In this document: positions 1 through 14,206 of the stretch, one piece after another
Layout: each line of letters starts with the position of its first letter
Numbering within the stretch: the first letter of the stretch is position 1
Source of the DNA: Yuukianura sp. NJ FZ-2021
Lineage: Eukaryota
Reading direction: 5' to 3'
DNA: 64,000 nt
Assembly (NCBI GenBank): GCA_046563655.1
Contig: CM102289.1
Coordinates: forward strand, 8,060,001-8,124,000
Program-made: the position numbers and the translations under genes
The notes under the pieces: generated by a model
What the model saw: only the letters and a program-made list of their open reading frames with translations
Database searches by the model: none
Told to the model about the DNA's origin: nothing

Positions 1-446
1 GGGAAGAAACGACTTTTAAGCATCCAGAAATTACTCCCGAATTGTGTACAAACAGAAAAAATTTTGGTTAGATTTTTGAAATGTCAAAACTTTAAAAAAC
101 CGGTAGAAATGTTTAAAATGTCTGTTAAAACAAATTCGAATTTTTTGAACACTGAGGGAATCAGAAATAAAAAAAAATTTGAATGAGAAAGTTGGGGCAC
201 GTGGAACGGAAAACAGAAATTTTAGATTAAAGTTTTTAACGGGATATGAAATTTTGTACTAAATTTCCAAGCAACGAACAGTGTATACAGAACACAAATT
301 GAATTCATTTTAGTTTTTTTTTCTTCTGTTTGAACAAAAATCGTTCAATTTTTTGTGAATGTTCTTTTTGTATTAGTTCAGTTCGTCAGGTAGGCTGAAA
401 TTTTGAAAAGTCCGAATAAACCTAGCTTTCCATCCTTCAATTTATT

Positions 447-1387
447 TCAGGAAGATGTTTTTTCTTTCACTTGGAGGCTACGGGTTGAATATATTTGAAT
501 TTTTCTCTTTTCATTTCTTTTTCGGATTCCCAAAATCCGAAATCTTGTTTTCTCGTTTTAGATTTAGAATTCACGAAATCTAATTTAACCTGCTTACAGT
601 TCCTGATCCAAAAGAAAAACAGATTTTCTATCAATTCTGTTCAGGCATTCACCCATCACCAAGCTTTTCTCCAAACATTCTACGAATTTGACTCCAGTTT
701 TTCCAAAAGTCTCCGGATATCCTTTCAAAATTTCACCTTTGGCTCTTTGCTGAGACCGAAAATCACAATCCATCTAAAATCTATTTCAGTAGTGTTAAAA
801 TCCAATGCCTAAAATTTTATCCCATAGAACTATTATTAAATGACACTTACACTGAAAATTTGTCAGTGTCAAAAGTTACAACGCACAACGTACATTGTGG
901 TAATCTCATGTTTCAATGCGTCAGAAAAGAAGCAAAACCCTACATGCAAGTAATGAAATGTTATTAAGAACCTCTCACATAAGCAATTCATTATGAAAAT
1001 GCAGATTAAAAAAAACAGATCTGTCATTTTCAAAAACTTTTCCCATTGAATCAAAATAAAAAAGACAAATCCGCATAGCATAATCAGACAAAATCTGAAA
1101 TATGAAAGTTTGTCAATCTCAATCAAACTAGGATATTTGTAAAATTTTTAGTATAGCTGAACTTAATTTAGAATTTGAAATTAATCAAAACCAAAAAACT
1201 TTTTTTTTAAACACACTACGCAGTGAAGATATTCTGAATTTTGGCGAGATGCAACAGCTTTCCTTAAGAAAAGCCAAATGATCCAATGATCCCCAAGGTA
1301 AATGCTATTTCAATAACCTTTGCCAGCGATGATGACAGAACATAATCCAAGATTAAGCAAACAATGAATCCAATTTCGTTGCCGCAT
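447..1387 (-). CDS. Possible small secreted protein (74 aa; exons 1387-1318, 721-598, 477-447)
   Basis: Manual splicing with GT-AG and matching phases gives MRQRNWIHCLLNLGLCSVIIAGKGYPETFGKTGVKFVECLEKSLVMGECLNRIDRKSVFLLDQELLQVKEKTSS*, with a signal-peptide-like N-terminus. No family recognised. Confidence 0.3.
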
Positions 1388-2026
1388 GTTGCAGAGTTCA
1401 GAGATTACGAAGCACCAAACTTTGGTCCATGGCTGTCAATTGACATCTTGATCTTAAACACTCAACGTTAATAAGTCACGAGTTACATGAAGTTGAACCA
1501 ATTTAAGCCAAATCCGACTTGTCAAAATTGAACTTCCACGACGAATCTGGTCACTTTTCACTCCACTGCACAAAATCTACAAAAGAAATGACGAAAAATG
1601 AAAACATAATAAACTTTAAAACGTTCTTTGCAAAATTTCTTCTCACCATAAAACAAGGGACGCTTCGGTACACCTCTCTCCGCAAAGATCCGAAAAAGAA
1701 CTAACTCAAAAGCTATGGAAAGAAACGGGAGAAAAGTGAAGATCTTTTCTCTCCCGTGTGCTCAGAGATCTCTCCAGGGAGGGAGGTAAACTCATTGAGT
1801 CTTTTGATTTCCAATTTTCCACGAAAACGTCAAGCGCAAGATCACAAGAGAATCCCCAAGAGATTCGTTTCTGCAAATAAAAACTGAAACCATGTTAGAT
1901 TACATAAGTTATTGCAGAATAATATAACCAGTTATTTGAAAAAATGGATCAATAATTGTTTATTTATCCAATAAAAAGGATATAGCGTATGTTTACAATA
2001 GTTTATCGCGAGAGAGTAGGCGATCC

Positions 2027-3338
2027 TTAATTATCGTAGCGATTCGTCCGTGCGAACCTTGAGAGGAACGGAAATTGCGTACTAATGAACGACGGTGTAC
2101 TAGCTAGTGATACTGAAGAAGAGGAGGGGTGACTAGTTGCATGATCCCTCCAGGGTGTCAGTGGTAGCGGATGAGTTTGGTCTACTAATAGAGGTACAGT
2201 GGTACTCGTAGGAGGCGGATGGTAATATGATGGTGGAGACCATGGTTGTAGTGGCAAGTGTGGAATAAAAGCGTTTTGGCTGTGATTAGTACTTGGAGCG
2301 AGAGAAACTGGAAAGGTCAAGGCCAGCCTTTCTTCCTCTTCGTCTTGTGCTTGACGTCGCTTCTCCTCGTCTAACCTTTTCTGCTCATCTTCAAGCTTTT
2401 TCCGCTCTTCTTCCAACTTTTTACGTTCCACGGCTCGACGGGCACGTCTTTCGGCCAGTACTTGTTCTAATTTATCCTTTTCTTCGTGGTATTTCTCAGC
2501 CGATGATATTGTGTCCCGTTCGAATGTGAAATCATACTGGAAAATCAAATAAAAACAATTATTCAACAAATGATGACGCAATAGTTAAACGCAATATTGC
2601 TAACAGAATGTTAATAATTCTAAGAATTGTTTTTCTCATCCCCTGTCGATTCGATAGATAACCAATCAAATGTCCTAATTCCCAAGTAACCTCATTTCGA
2701 AATACTTGTGCTGATGTTTCGATTTTACTCTTTTTTCCCCATGATCTTCTCATCACTCATTCAGTATGATTTACGATCCTATTGACAATGCCAACATCAT
2801 CCGGACCAGCTACAATGCAAAACTCGCCGTAATTCATTAACTTTAACTTCATCAATTACTCGCGCTAGGCAACTTTCTTAAATTATGGCAAGGATAGCAC
2901 AGGATAATGGTAGGACACGAAATCAAAAAAAAACCGAAAAGGAATGTTTCAAGTATGATTAGGCACCAGTGACGGGGATAATGTTTTCTACGTAACGTAT
3001 AACGTCTTCTTTTCCCGTTGGAATTCCCTTTACATGTTTATGGTTAAGTTTAGGTGACATCGCAATGCAGCACGGTAAAAAACGTAATCCCACGTCAGGC
3101 ACCGTTAAGGATGAACCCTGAGAAAACTGTGCTAACACAAATGATTCGTTCCAAGCCTATATATCACATTAAAACATTGGGCACTAATTAACAAGAATTA
3201 ATTGAATGTTTAGTATAACCATGTTCTTACCTCATAGGAATCGATATTGTTTGGCGGTGGTTCAAGTTGTCGGAATTCAAATGGAGGCAATGGATGAAAC
3301 TTTTTTCGGAGTATGAAGGGAACTCCATTGATGTTCAT
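2027..3338 (-). CDS. UMA-domain protein, UBAP1-like (ESCRT-I subunit family); exons 3338-3231, 2536-2027
   Basis: Spliced N-terminus MNINGVPFILRKKFHPLPP...SYE|YDFTFERDTI matches the UMA signature (VPF...YDFxxE), followed by a charged coiled coil and a Pro/Ser-rich tail. Canonical GAG|gtaaga donor and ttccag acceptor. Confidence 0.65.
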
Positions 3339-5371
3339 TATTAATCACTAAACAAACTTAATTTAGAGACAATGAGTAATTCAAAATGAGTTCATGTCCT
3401 CCAGTGCCAGTCGTCAGAGATTGAGCAAGTCAAGCGAGATACTATGACTGCTCAGCTGCTGTGCTTTAATAAAATGACGACAACTAAAATGATGAAGAAA
3501 TTGACACATACATGTGCATAGTACTTGATCCCAACTGATGACCTTGGTTCACAAGGACTTCAATGTTACGTCAATCGGATCATTAAAAAAGATTTTTTTT
3601 TTAATTCGCAAGTTGTAATTATCGATTACGCTTTAACAATTAGCTCCAACATTTACCGTTACTTTTGTGGTTAATTAATTTTCGTTAACCAAATCATGGT
3701 TTTCCACCCAACTATAGTGAGGGTAAAATGTGATGGAAGGTGGATCTCGTTGTCAAGCTCATTATTGACAAGCAGTAGTCGGCACGTTTCTGAGTTTAAT
3801 CACAGAAGAAAAATGGTAAACTCGAAAAAAGTACGACAAATGCGTAAACATCAATATTATTTTCATTGTTAATTGAACTACTTACTCCATCAATACATAG
3901 AAAACACTAGTATTTACTATGCTAATTTCCTAACCGGAACTAACTGGAAATTGGAAAGGGTTATTGCAAACAAGAAATGCGCAAAAAATTGAGTAAGAAA
4001 GATTTTTAATTTTTATAAATTAATAAAGGTGTACTAAATAAGTTAAGTTAGTAATATACGTTCGGTAAGTAAATCTAATGCGACACCTACTCGCTTGACG
4101 TCATGTACAATGAAATAGTCCGTAGTTTTCTTTCAATCGTAACCAGCTTTACATCAATCGGTCCATTTCATCCGATGATGAGGAATAGTGAGCCCTCATA
4201 TTTTTATTTGCGATCTTAACTTGCCGACATCTGCTTTCAGCTTTTATGTACAAACTTTATATTAATCGGACGATCGATCGAGTTGCATCGGAAAACGCAG
4301 AAAGGGTGGGGGAAAAGCACGATTGTTTTGTTTCTGCCGGGTCAGGTCACATCATCGGAAGGTCAAATACATCTAGAAAATTGAAAGATCCAAGTATCCA
4401 TCAAACCGTTAAACGTTACTTAGGAGGGACAAGGAACCTAAAGTAATTTGGTAAGCCTAAACGGATCTGTACTATTTACGATATTAGTACTATGAAAAAC
4501 GGTGAATAACACTATTGGTTTATATTTTTCAGTAGTCTTCGCACTGAATGGCATTACCACCAAATTACCGTCAAAGTTCGTCATCATCGCGTAAGTAATA
4601 AGTTGTTCTTTGACAACGTCGTGGGCGCGAATATTATTAGTAACATCGTACAGTGACTTTCTCAATGGAAATGGATGTGACATGAATGAAATCTACACTG
4701 AAACCCATTGACAAAGTACATATACAATGTAGATGTACCTTAACTTAAAAATTGGCTTGATTGATTAGTTTACCTTGCGTAGGATGAATTACTTGCACCC
4801 GTAATGTTGTAAATAAAAATAACGACGAATTCAACAAGCGCGCATCATAAACCCTTGGATTGATTTTATTTTCAAAAACGTGTTTTGTTTTTACATTTTG
4901 TTTGTTTTATCTGTTCAATTGCGATAAATCTTAGATGGAGCTCAAGGGTCAGCCTCGAATATTTTGAAAGGTAACTTCCCAGTTAAATTGCACTATTTTT
5001 CAGTCTCTTCTACTAGAATTGCTAGACCTTTTGGTATACGGTATTGGATACGCAGTTGTTGGGTTGGGCCATTGGTGGTAAGTAGTTGCGTGGGACTCAG
5101 CCGTAGAAAAGCAATAGTCAATACCCTTGTAACTAATTCAGTAATAGTAGCATTTTCAACAACGTACCATGGACATAAATAGTCTTTTTTAAATTACTTG
5201 GTACATTTGCCGCATGATACAGACGCGATAGTTGGTCTGGGTGGGTTGGTTGCGGTTGTAGATTTTTGCTTGTTTTCAATAGAATTAACGCTGATACTTA
5301 TGCCACCATTTCCCGTCGCTAAAAAGGTGACCTCTGAGTATTGACATGATTGCATTTGATGTTTTTTTTAG

Positions 5372-7565
5372 AACGACTCCGGGCTGCTGGAGGGAAGGAT
5401 GCAACTTCCAGCCCGTTTATGACTGGACCGTTGAGTCACCCTGCCTTTTGTCCGCAGAAGCTGGGCACAAAAGGGTTTGCTGTAAGAGCTGTTCGACTAA
5501 AGTTTAATTCCTATTTGAACTAAATGTTTGAATAGATCTAACGAATTTACGGATATTTCAGGATGGCAGGTTACCGAAAGCTCCAAAGGCTCCAGACAAG
5601 CCTCTGATGCCGTATATGAGGTACACCAGAAAAGTATGGGACCATGTCAAGGCTGATCATCCGGAGCTGAAACTGTGGGAGATTGGTAGAATTATCGGGC
5701 AGATGTGGAGGGATCTACCAGATTCGGAGAAGCAGGAATACGTGATTGAATATGAGGGCGAGAAGGTCTTTATTTCCTGTTCAAGACTCCTTAAAGCGAA
5801 AATTATAGTTCATGAATTGTGATTATGATGAAAATATGATGTTTTTAGACCGAGTACGAGCGTTCACTCAAGACATATCATAACTCTCCACAGTACCAGT
5901 CTTACGTTGCGGCTAAAACAAGAGGTGACTACTATGTTTTTTTTCATAATCGTTCGGTATCAATCAAGTTCTAAAATTGGGTTAATCTTTTCATCAGCAC
6001 AGCAAGATCTTAGTGACAGCAGCAATGAGCGGTCTTCCTCAAGCAAAGGAAGTGCCGCAGAACGAAAGATCGAAATTCAACCAGCAGAAGACGAAGAAGG
6101 TAAGCAATGACTCGACGCTATCTCTGATATTCAGGTCATTGTGCACAGCTTTACCGGGTAATTACTTATTTATATTTTTCAGATCCAGACGATGGGTTTT
6201 CAGAAAAACATAGAGCTCACGCTAGATACACTCGAAACCACAAGTTAGTGAACGAAGTGTTTTCGGACTCCATGGTTCCAGACATCAGATCAGTTGTAAC
6301 TACATCTCGAATGCAAGTTCTGAAACGTCAAGTTCAATCACTGACCATGCACCAGGTTTGGCCTATATTTGTTTATCGTGATGCAATAATTACAAGTAAC
6401 ATGCTTATTTGTTACGTTTTATGTTTTCAGAGAAAGTTAGAGTCAGAACTCCAACAAATCGAGGAGAAGTTTGAAGCCAAGAAAAAGAAGTTCATGGAAT
6501 CCAGCGAAGTGTTCCAGGAAGAGCTGAAGAAGCATTGTCGGAAGGCTGTTGAGGAGGACATGTTTCAAAAACTGGTTGACAAGCAGTATGAACTTCTGAA
6601 AAAGGATATTGAAGAGAGAGGCAAGGAAGCAGCGGCTGAAAGTGAATCTGGGACGAGAAGTGTTGCACCAAGTAATAGTTTCTTATTTTCAAAATACATA
6701 TTGAAGTGGAATTTTTTAACTAACGATTGCTGATTCTTGTTCCAGCTGCTGTGAAGGAAGCCAGTCCCGAGAAGATGGAACAGGATAACCAGGAACCACC
6801 TCAGAACGTCGTGACAGCATCCACTAATGAAGAGAGCGTGGAAAAAATGGATCATGAACCATCTCAGAACCCAGAAGGCGGAGTTATTCATGAGTTCTTG
6901 GAAGGTACGTTTTTTTTTCAAGTTTTGATTGAGTTTCTAGCATTTTTACTATTTTTGATTTACATCTTTGAACAGCACCTTCTGGCGGCACTAATGGATA
7001 TACTTCGGAACCCAGCGTCGAGCCCTCGGAAGCTCAGCGGGAACCGGAGCAGGAACTTCCACCGGAAGAAACGCCATTGGCTACTGACTCCAGCGAAGTT
7101 GTCACAGATCAAGTGAACGAAGAATCTGAGAAGCTGGTTGAGGTACAACCTGAACCTGAAGAAAAAACTGACACTAGAGAATCTGCGGCGGTAGAACAAG
7201 TTCAGGAACCACAGGAGGAGATTCATGCTGCGCCTCACAATATTGTTGAACCTCAAGAACAAGTTGAACGTTCGGAGCCAGCTGAGGAACCACCAGTACT
7301 TCCACCCCAGCCACCAGCCCAAGAAGAATTGCAGCCACCTTACGAGCACCAAGTCGACGAAGCTCCGCCAATACCAGAAGCTTCAAATGACATGGAAACA
7401 CCGATGGATGTGTCCTCCAGTGAAGACAATGGTAACGCCAAACAACCCGAATCAGTTTCTGAACCTGCGCCTCCTTCAGAACCTGCTGAAGTTGCAGGAG
7501 AACCGGACGAAGGTATTCCAAATCCCAAACCCGACGACACCGTAGAAAGTGTCGCTGAAAATTAA
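5372..7565 (+). CDS. SMARCE1: SWI/SNF (BAF) HMG-box subunit SMARCE1/BAF57/BAP111; start codon lies upstream and was not resolved (probable extra exon ~4936-4970)
   Basis: Approximate exons 5372-5481, 5562-5765, 5849-5924, 5998-6099, 6183-6354, 6431-6671, 6746-6904, 6976-7565. HMG box [45 protein letters not shown], then [45 protein letters not shown] and a long acidic tail. Confidence 0.93.
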
Positions 7566-8059
7566 GCTCAGATTGACAAAACTCTGAATTTTTTCTACTT
7601 AAACATTTAATGTTATTGACTACCTCTCATAATTTTACAAATGAGAAGATTTTCTGTTTTAGTTCATGGTCACCATGTTTCAAAATGTTTGAAAGCAATT
7701 TAGGAGGAGGTTTCAATTTTGAAAATAACGTGCGCATTTCCATCCAACTCAGGTACAAGATGGCAAACTTTCGGAATTTCAAATTTCGGAGGACTAATTA
7801 TCGGTGGTGTTTTTTTTTTGGGATGATAAGATACTTTGCTCTTATGAATTACGGAAGCATTTATCACGATACTTGTCATTTGTCAGTTAACGTAAATGAC
7901 ATATTCTGTAATCTGTCTATAATCTCAAAATTTTGTAGTGTCGGGAGAAATTTGAGGACTTTATAAAACAGTTGTTTGTTTGCTAACCCTAATTTTGTAG
8001 TTCGACTCAAAATTTTATTTAAACAATTATTCACAATTTTAAGCTTTTTTTTTAATAAG

Positions 8060-9031
8060 ATGAGTCGCGTGACTGGTTTATTGGTGATCGTTTTGTCCTT
8101 AGCTTGTGTCCAGGGTGTCAACGGCGGGAAACTTCCAATGAACCTGCCAGATCCAGACGACTTCTTTCCAGCAGACAGAACGTTAGTGAAGTGGTCACAT
8201 GCTACTAACTCAAAAGCACTTCTGGAACAAGCATTGGGTGACCCCGAACTGCTGATGCTGGAAGCTGACCTTCAGATGGGCTACTTGTACGGGTCGGATG
8301 AAACAGTCAAGATTCCAGTGATGGCGCATGGGCCAGAGATCCACTCAGACCTGTCATTTGAACAGTTTCTAGCCGATGTAATGGAATTCAACAACGCCAG
8401 TACTGCGCAGGGTCATGGAATGAAAGGAATCAAGTTGGATTTCAAAGCAGTCGATGCCATTGAACCTGTTCTTCAAATTTTAGTTGCAAATAATGCCGCT
8501 CAGTTTCCATTTCCAGTTTGGCTTAATGCGGACATCTTGAAAGGCCCGATTGACGCCACCAGTGAGCCAGTCAACGGAACAATTTTTCTGAACCTCATCA
8601 TGGAGTATCTACCTCAGGCAACGCTGTCCACTGGCTGGAAAACGCGATATGGTGAAGGAAGTGAGCAAACATTACAAAATTTTCAAAACTAAAGTGAATT
8701 CAAGTTTTTAAACTTCTCGTTTTTTGACTTTTTAGATCCAACTGAAGGATCTTATGAATTGGAGCACATGGACGAGATGATTGAATTCATTCGAGCTCAT
8801 AACGTTCCATCTACAACGCCAGTTACTTATCCAATCAGAGCTGGACTTGGTACGAAATCAATTTCACAAATTGTTTACTTGCTTGACAAGTCGGAATTGT
8901 ACTGGGACGATTCCACAATTACTTTATGGCATGGCAGAGAAGATCCACCTTTGGACATGGACCGATTGAACCTTCTAGTTGAAGCTGTCGGGAGACATAG
9001 ATGTTTTGCAGATATTGGCATTGCTTTATAG
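8060..9031 (+). CDS. FAM151/menorin (DUF2181) family secreted protein; exons 8060-8660, 8736-9031
   Basis: Signal peptide, then family motifs WSHATNS, MLEADL, IPVMAHGP, SDLSFEQFL, KGIKLDFK, PVWLNADILKGP, TLSTGWKT. Confidence 0.88.
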
Positions 9032-9357
9032 TACGTTGACTAACATTGAATCAGTTAACGTGAGTCAGCATGCAATGCAATTTCAATCCAAAGACAATAA
9101 AATTCTATCCAAGAACAAAAGAAACTTGAGCAATGTTTCTCTCCTAGAAGGCTATTTTCAATTGTCATAAAAAATGTTTGTTTAACTTTATGACTGTTTG
9201 TTAACTTCTCAGAATCAGAATTGAATCGAAGTTGTTCAAGTATAAGCTAAAGAGACACGTATTCTGTCGGCCATTGTCCAAAAATTGTCTTACACTGAAG
9301 CATAATTTCAAGATTTTAGTTACAAAACTAATTTGCTTAAACAATTTCCCACAAAAA

Positions 9358-10390
9358 ATGAAAGGAATTGATCTAATTCTGCTCATTTTCGGCTTGTCTG
9401 TGATTCTATTCAAACGAGTCGAACCGGCTCCATGGAGGTAACCTTGTAACACTTTCGAAAACCTTTCTAAACCTTGCATTTCGAAAATTAGAAATTTTGT
9501 AACTTTTTTTTTGTTCTTGCAGCGCGACGCCCTTTCAAGCTCCGGAAGTCCCAGCATACACTCCTGACGTGACGTCAGACGATGCTGTCCGGTTTTTCAT
9601 CAGCAACGATCCAGAAATGACGCAGCCAGAAGCAAATTCCGAAGAAACCATTAGCACCATCGTGGACGACATGGATGCCAAGGCTATCGAGTCCATCATA
9701 ACCTCTCTGAATCACTTCCATCTTCCGGCTGACGAAGCTGGACGCACGCGGTTTCAGCTTTCAAGTTTCGACGAATCTGGATCCGAAGAGAACACAGGAG
9801 CGCATGACCTTGGATCCATTGCAATGACTGATGATTCCGACATTGTTGTTTCGGCAGCATTTGAAGAATCGGATGGACTCGCTGATGCTGGCGAGGAAAC
9901 TGTTCCGAATGGTGAAGCAAACGTTGACGAGCCGAGTGAAAACGCTGAAACCGAAATTCCAACGACGACTTTGCGGACAACCGAAATGACGCCGGAGGTG
10001 GATGTGGCCAAGGTTGAATTGGCTTTGAGCAGATTGAGTGCTGTTTTGGCTGAGTGCGATCGCTTGAACGATTTTGACAGATTGGAATTTGCTACAGTCT
10101 TCGTCCTTGTACTGCTCATCTTCTGCTGTGCTGGCTACATTTGCTATTTGAAGCGATTCAGGAGCCGAGGTTAACACTAACCCTTTTTTTCATAATTTCA
10201 TGAAATTTCTCCCCAAAAACTTTTTTTTAAAACTTTTTTTGTAGTGACTCAATTGGTTGTTGACGAAGTCAAATCGTATGACGGGCAAACAATCGTTCTT
10301 CTGGTTCCAGCGTCAGCTAAACCAGTCGAAGACGAGAAAATTGTCACGATGCCAGCCTACGTCAAGGTCAAAACGCTCGAGCGTTACTAA
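9358..10390 (+). CDS. Uncharacterised type I membrane protein with acidic/Thr-rich ectodomain; exons 9358-9437, 9523-10169, ~10245-10390
   Basis: Signal peptide MKGIDLILLIFGLSVILF, D/E/T-rich ectodomain, TM FATVFVLVLLIFCCAGYICYL followed by KRFRSR. GT-AG introns are in phase. Confidence 0.75.
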
Positions 10391-13184
10391 ATGATGAGGT
10401 CATGTGACATATGTAAGAGGTTTGATTTGATAATTTAACTAAAATTTGAAAATTTTGAAAGTTTTATGAATTTTAAAAAGCTCAAGAATCCTTAAGCTTC
10501 AAGATTATATTATTGTCCATGACACTTTCACTTTAAAAAATAAATTACTGCTTTCAACTGTGTTCAAATGGCTAAATTTTTTACATCTCCAACAACCATG
10601 AAGAGGAGCACTACACAATTTTCAGAAAAAGAAAGAAAAAAATGGCTGGTATTTCATATTCGAGTAACGACTTGAAGCGACTGTTGTAACCAAAGTGAAA
10701 ATAAAAGTGGCGACAGTTTCAAATTGAACAAAAAATGAAAAACTTTTTCTCTCTCCGTGCTCTGCTTGTGCTCTAACTTTTCAAAGACGAAAACATTTCA
10801 CATTACGAACGTGTTGTGGGCGTTGGTTTTTTGGACAAAGTGGAGAAAGTTTTTTCAAAATTTTTTGAAAAGGTTAACGGCAAGGGGTTAAAAGCGTCCT
10901 CAGGCTCATCCATAACACACCCCATTCCTTCTTCCTGAATTTGAGGTCACATAGCACTAGTACTATAACAAAGTCTCTTTTCAACTTTTCATGGCAATAT
11001 TTTATTGTTAAGGTCACTTCCCACAATTCCTTCCTACTTTCACTTTTACTTCAAAAGTTCAAAAAGATATTTGAAACATATCATGTTTCTTTTTTTGTTT
11101 GATTCCGAAAGTATTTCTTTTTCTCTTTCCTTTTGCATCACATTCGTCGTAAGTTTTGTATTCTGAACTATTCTGAGACAAGTTCCGATTCCCAGGATCC
11201 TATTATAAAACTCTGATGGTCGTAAATTTTGATCCGACAGTTTCCATTTTCACTTTGATGTAAACATACAGTACAGACACTGAAGGCAGAAAAATGCTTT
11301 TTTAAGCTCCCAGCATCCAGCATACTAACTCACTCACAAGAAATCCAACGCTATACGTTTTCATTTTTGCGAAACCAGGGCAGAATTTCTAAAAAAGAAA
11401 TGTATTTCAAAAAAAATCTGAAGCTGAAATGAAAAATTTGATATTGAATTTCACTCTTGCGGATTTAACGTGTAAGACATCATATTCAAAAAAATAATAA
11501 AAAGTGGCACTACATTGAATATTGAATAATATTAAAAAAGAGGGGCAACCGAAATCCATTTCAAAAATTACAGTACGCAAAATTCGCCAATTTCAAAAAA
11601 AAAGAGTAAACACTAAAGTTTTTTTTTGTAAATGTACTTCCACTTTTACAAATAAACAAGCTATAGACCATACAGGAGGGAAAACGTAATGTCAAAAACA
11701 CATGCCTTGTTTTCTAAGTTTTGGATGGATTAATCCGACAACGGTGCGAGATTGATACAAATTAACTATCAAGGTCCAGTGAGTAGAGTTACATTTAATT
11801 GAAATTAATCTGCAGACTTTCTAGAAATAACCATAGGGTTATGAAACATAACCCTAACCTGTGACTAGCTTTTGCACTTACCCTAACATTTAGTTTCTGT
11901 GAAAGTATGTGGCTTGAGGGGAGTGAAAGCTGTTAAAGTAGGCTCAAGTTATGAACAATTTGATTAATGACATCGCTTCTTCATCGTCACTTTTCCAGCG
12001 TCCCGTGAAAGGGGGAGAAGCCAGTTGCCAGTCAAATTTGGACTTCCAAAAACAGTCTAAAATTATATTTTACAAAACCACAAAATTTAAATCCATAAAA
12101 TTTAACGATTTGCACAACCCTTTTGCGAAAGTTTGTTCCGAAACGAAACTGACCTGCAGAAGTCCAGCAAAAGTGAGAAAGTAAATTGAATTTGGCAACC
12201 CAGTATTTCAGTTTTCTGGATCTGAAAGCATCACACAGTAGTTTAGTAGCTATGAACGAAACCTCGTTTAAGTTCCATTTGCACGGTAGACCGGGTAACA
12301 AATTTTGGTTGTCTCATCGATCTCGGATTCCTTTTTCATTTAAAACTTCCCGCCCTCCCGAAATTCAAAGTCATCCATCTTCCTCTTCCCTCTCCACCAA
12401 TAACCATAATAACCACACTAAACAAAACACAAGACAAATGGAAATTTACAACATTTTCAAGCGCTAAATTTCAAAAATTGAAACAATCCCTGTGTTTTTC
12501 TTTAATAGCTACAGCACAAACTCTAAACTTGGCTTTTGGAGTAGTAAGTGCCTCTCACGTCATTTATTAAAAACAAACATTTTCAAACTCTGTTGAAGTT
12601 TTAAGGATTTGAATTTCAAAATTTTGCAATTTCTTAAAAAAAAAGAGAAAGTTACTGTGATACACTTCCAAGCGTAAAGTAGAAACTGGACCTTTGTGTA
12701 ATCCAAAAATTACACGAAAAAGTTTTTTTGGGAAAACTTTGCAGTTTCTAAAATTGCAATTTTTTATTGTTGACTTATGCTTTTGCTTTATGTTGCAAAA
12801 ACCAAAGAGGTTTTATGTAGTAATCCACTCTTCCGCCGCTTGGCAACCATTTTGTAAAGACCAATTGGCATAAAATTACCATTTAGAACAAAACCAAAAG
12901 AGAGCTTAACCTGCTTGTTCTAAATTACCATCAATTCAAAACATTTTAGAACAAAAAGCAAAAAGTACTTACGAAAATCTCTTATTTTGGAGAGAAAAGG
13001 GAAAAGAGAAAGTTCTATGCATACATAGTAGTTAACTATATAGAGAGAATTTGTCTGTAACTTAATACGAAAGGGCTTTACGACATCAAAGGGCTTTACA
13101 CCTTAGACTTTCCTTCGATTGGATTGTGATGGAGTCTCGCTAAGCCTTCAGACTAGAACCCTTAAGGGCCCCACAGAATCAGAG

Positions 13185-13294
13185 TACCGTAAAACGTCTA
13201 AAAAATAGCCTGGGCTTCTATTCAACGTCTCAACTTTCACATTCCGTTAGCATTCAAAAGAAAGAAGGCGCTGGTTATGAGAACTTTTACGGTA
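13185..13294. mobile_element. Short MITE with TA-CCGTA...TACGG-TA ends (Tc1/mariner-pogo-like)
   Basis: taccgtaaaacgtct ... agaacttttacggta. Same end type as the elements at 25388 and 41523. Confidence 0.55.
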
Positions 13295-13659
13295 GTCTGG
13301 TAGGAAAGGCGTGAAAACCCAAAAGCTTTTCCGACGGAAAAAATACGGAAACTTTCTTTCTTTTTTGGCGCCCAACTTCAAACCCACTTCTGAAGCTCCA
13401 TACTCCGTATGAATTCTAGGCACGTTTGACGAGCTAGTTTTTTCTTCATCTTTGTGCCTTCTTTCTTTCGTATTTACTTTCACTTTTCTGAAAAAGAAAA
13501 AAAAAACTAAACCTAACCAAGAGAACCTCAGCAGTAACGGAACTGTTGGAGTGAGCTCGAATCCAAAGAACTTTTTCTGGGCCCTATCATAATGTTTTCT
13601 AGCCCAAGAATAAAGTTACGAAAGAAGTTTGCAACTTCGAGGAAGCTGATGCTACTGCG

Positions 13660-14206
13660 GCCGTCAGTTCGCTTCCCACTGGTGTGAAAAAGAGAAAGCA
13701 ACTCCAAGAATACAAAGTTCCTGATTACTTCAATTCTCTTTAGTCTTTGAGCTCCAACTCAATTAAAACCAATAAATTAAACCTTATTATTATTACATTC
13801 CCACACAAAGAACTACAACATCTTGTACCAATCTTTCAAACAAAATCAGTTTCTCTTACTTTCTAATTTTCAAAAACCACCAATTCCAGAAAAGGGAAGT
13901 TGAATTACAACCAAAATCTTAAACACTTTGATTTTCACTATTTTTTCTTGGGCACAAAAAGAAATGCAGCAAAACGTTGAATTTTGAGAGGCGGAAAATT
14001 TCAAAATATCAGTTTTTATGTGAATTAGTTTCAAGTTGGTGAAAGTAATTCTAGAAATTTCCAAACTTTTAAAATTTCTAAGCTTCTCGAAAATTCAAAA
14101 TTCAAAGTTTCTTTAAAAACTTGAAGTTTCAAAATTTGAAGTTTCTTGAAAATTCAAAATTCTTTAATATGAAAACTTTTGGGAAATAATTATTCAAAAG
14201 GTGAGT
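13660..14206 (+). promoter_or_regulatory. Candidate Dscam promoter/non-coding first exon (TCAGTT initiator ~13665, donor AAG|gtgagt at 14200/14201)
   Basis: Arthropod Inr consensus upstream of a strong splice donor, with no ORF. A second candidate Inr lies at ~15560 with a donor at ~15793. Confidence 0.3.

Noticed and set aside
4090..4683. 81-aa minus-strand ORF (4438-4683) and adjacent coding-like sequence
   Set aside because: No recognisable motif, and the neighbouring frames are interrupted by stops. I could not build a consistent gene; at best a decayed fragment.
6492..7545. Several overlapping antisense/alternative-frame ORFs over SMARCE1, and similarly over env/pol
   Set aside because: Shadow ORFs of real coding exons, with no independent signals.
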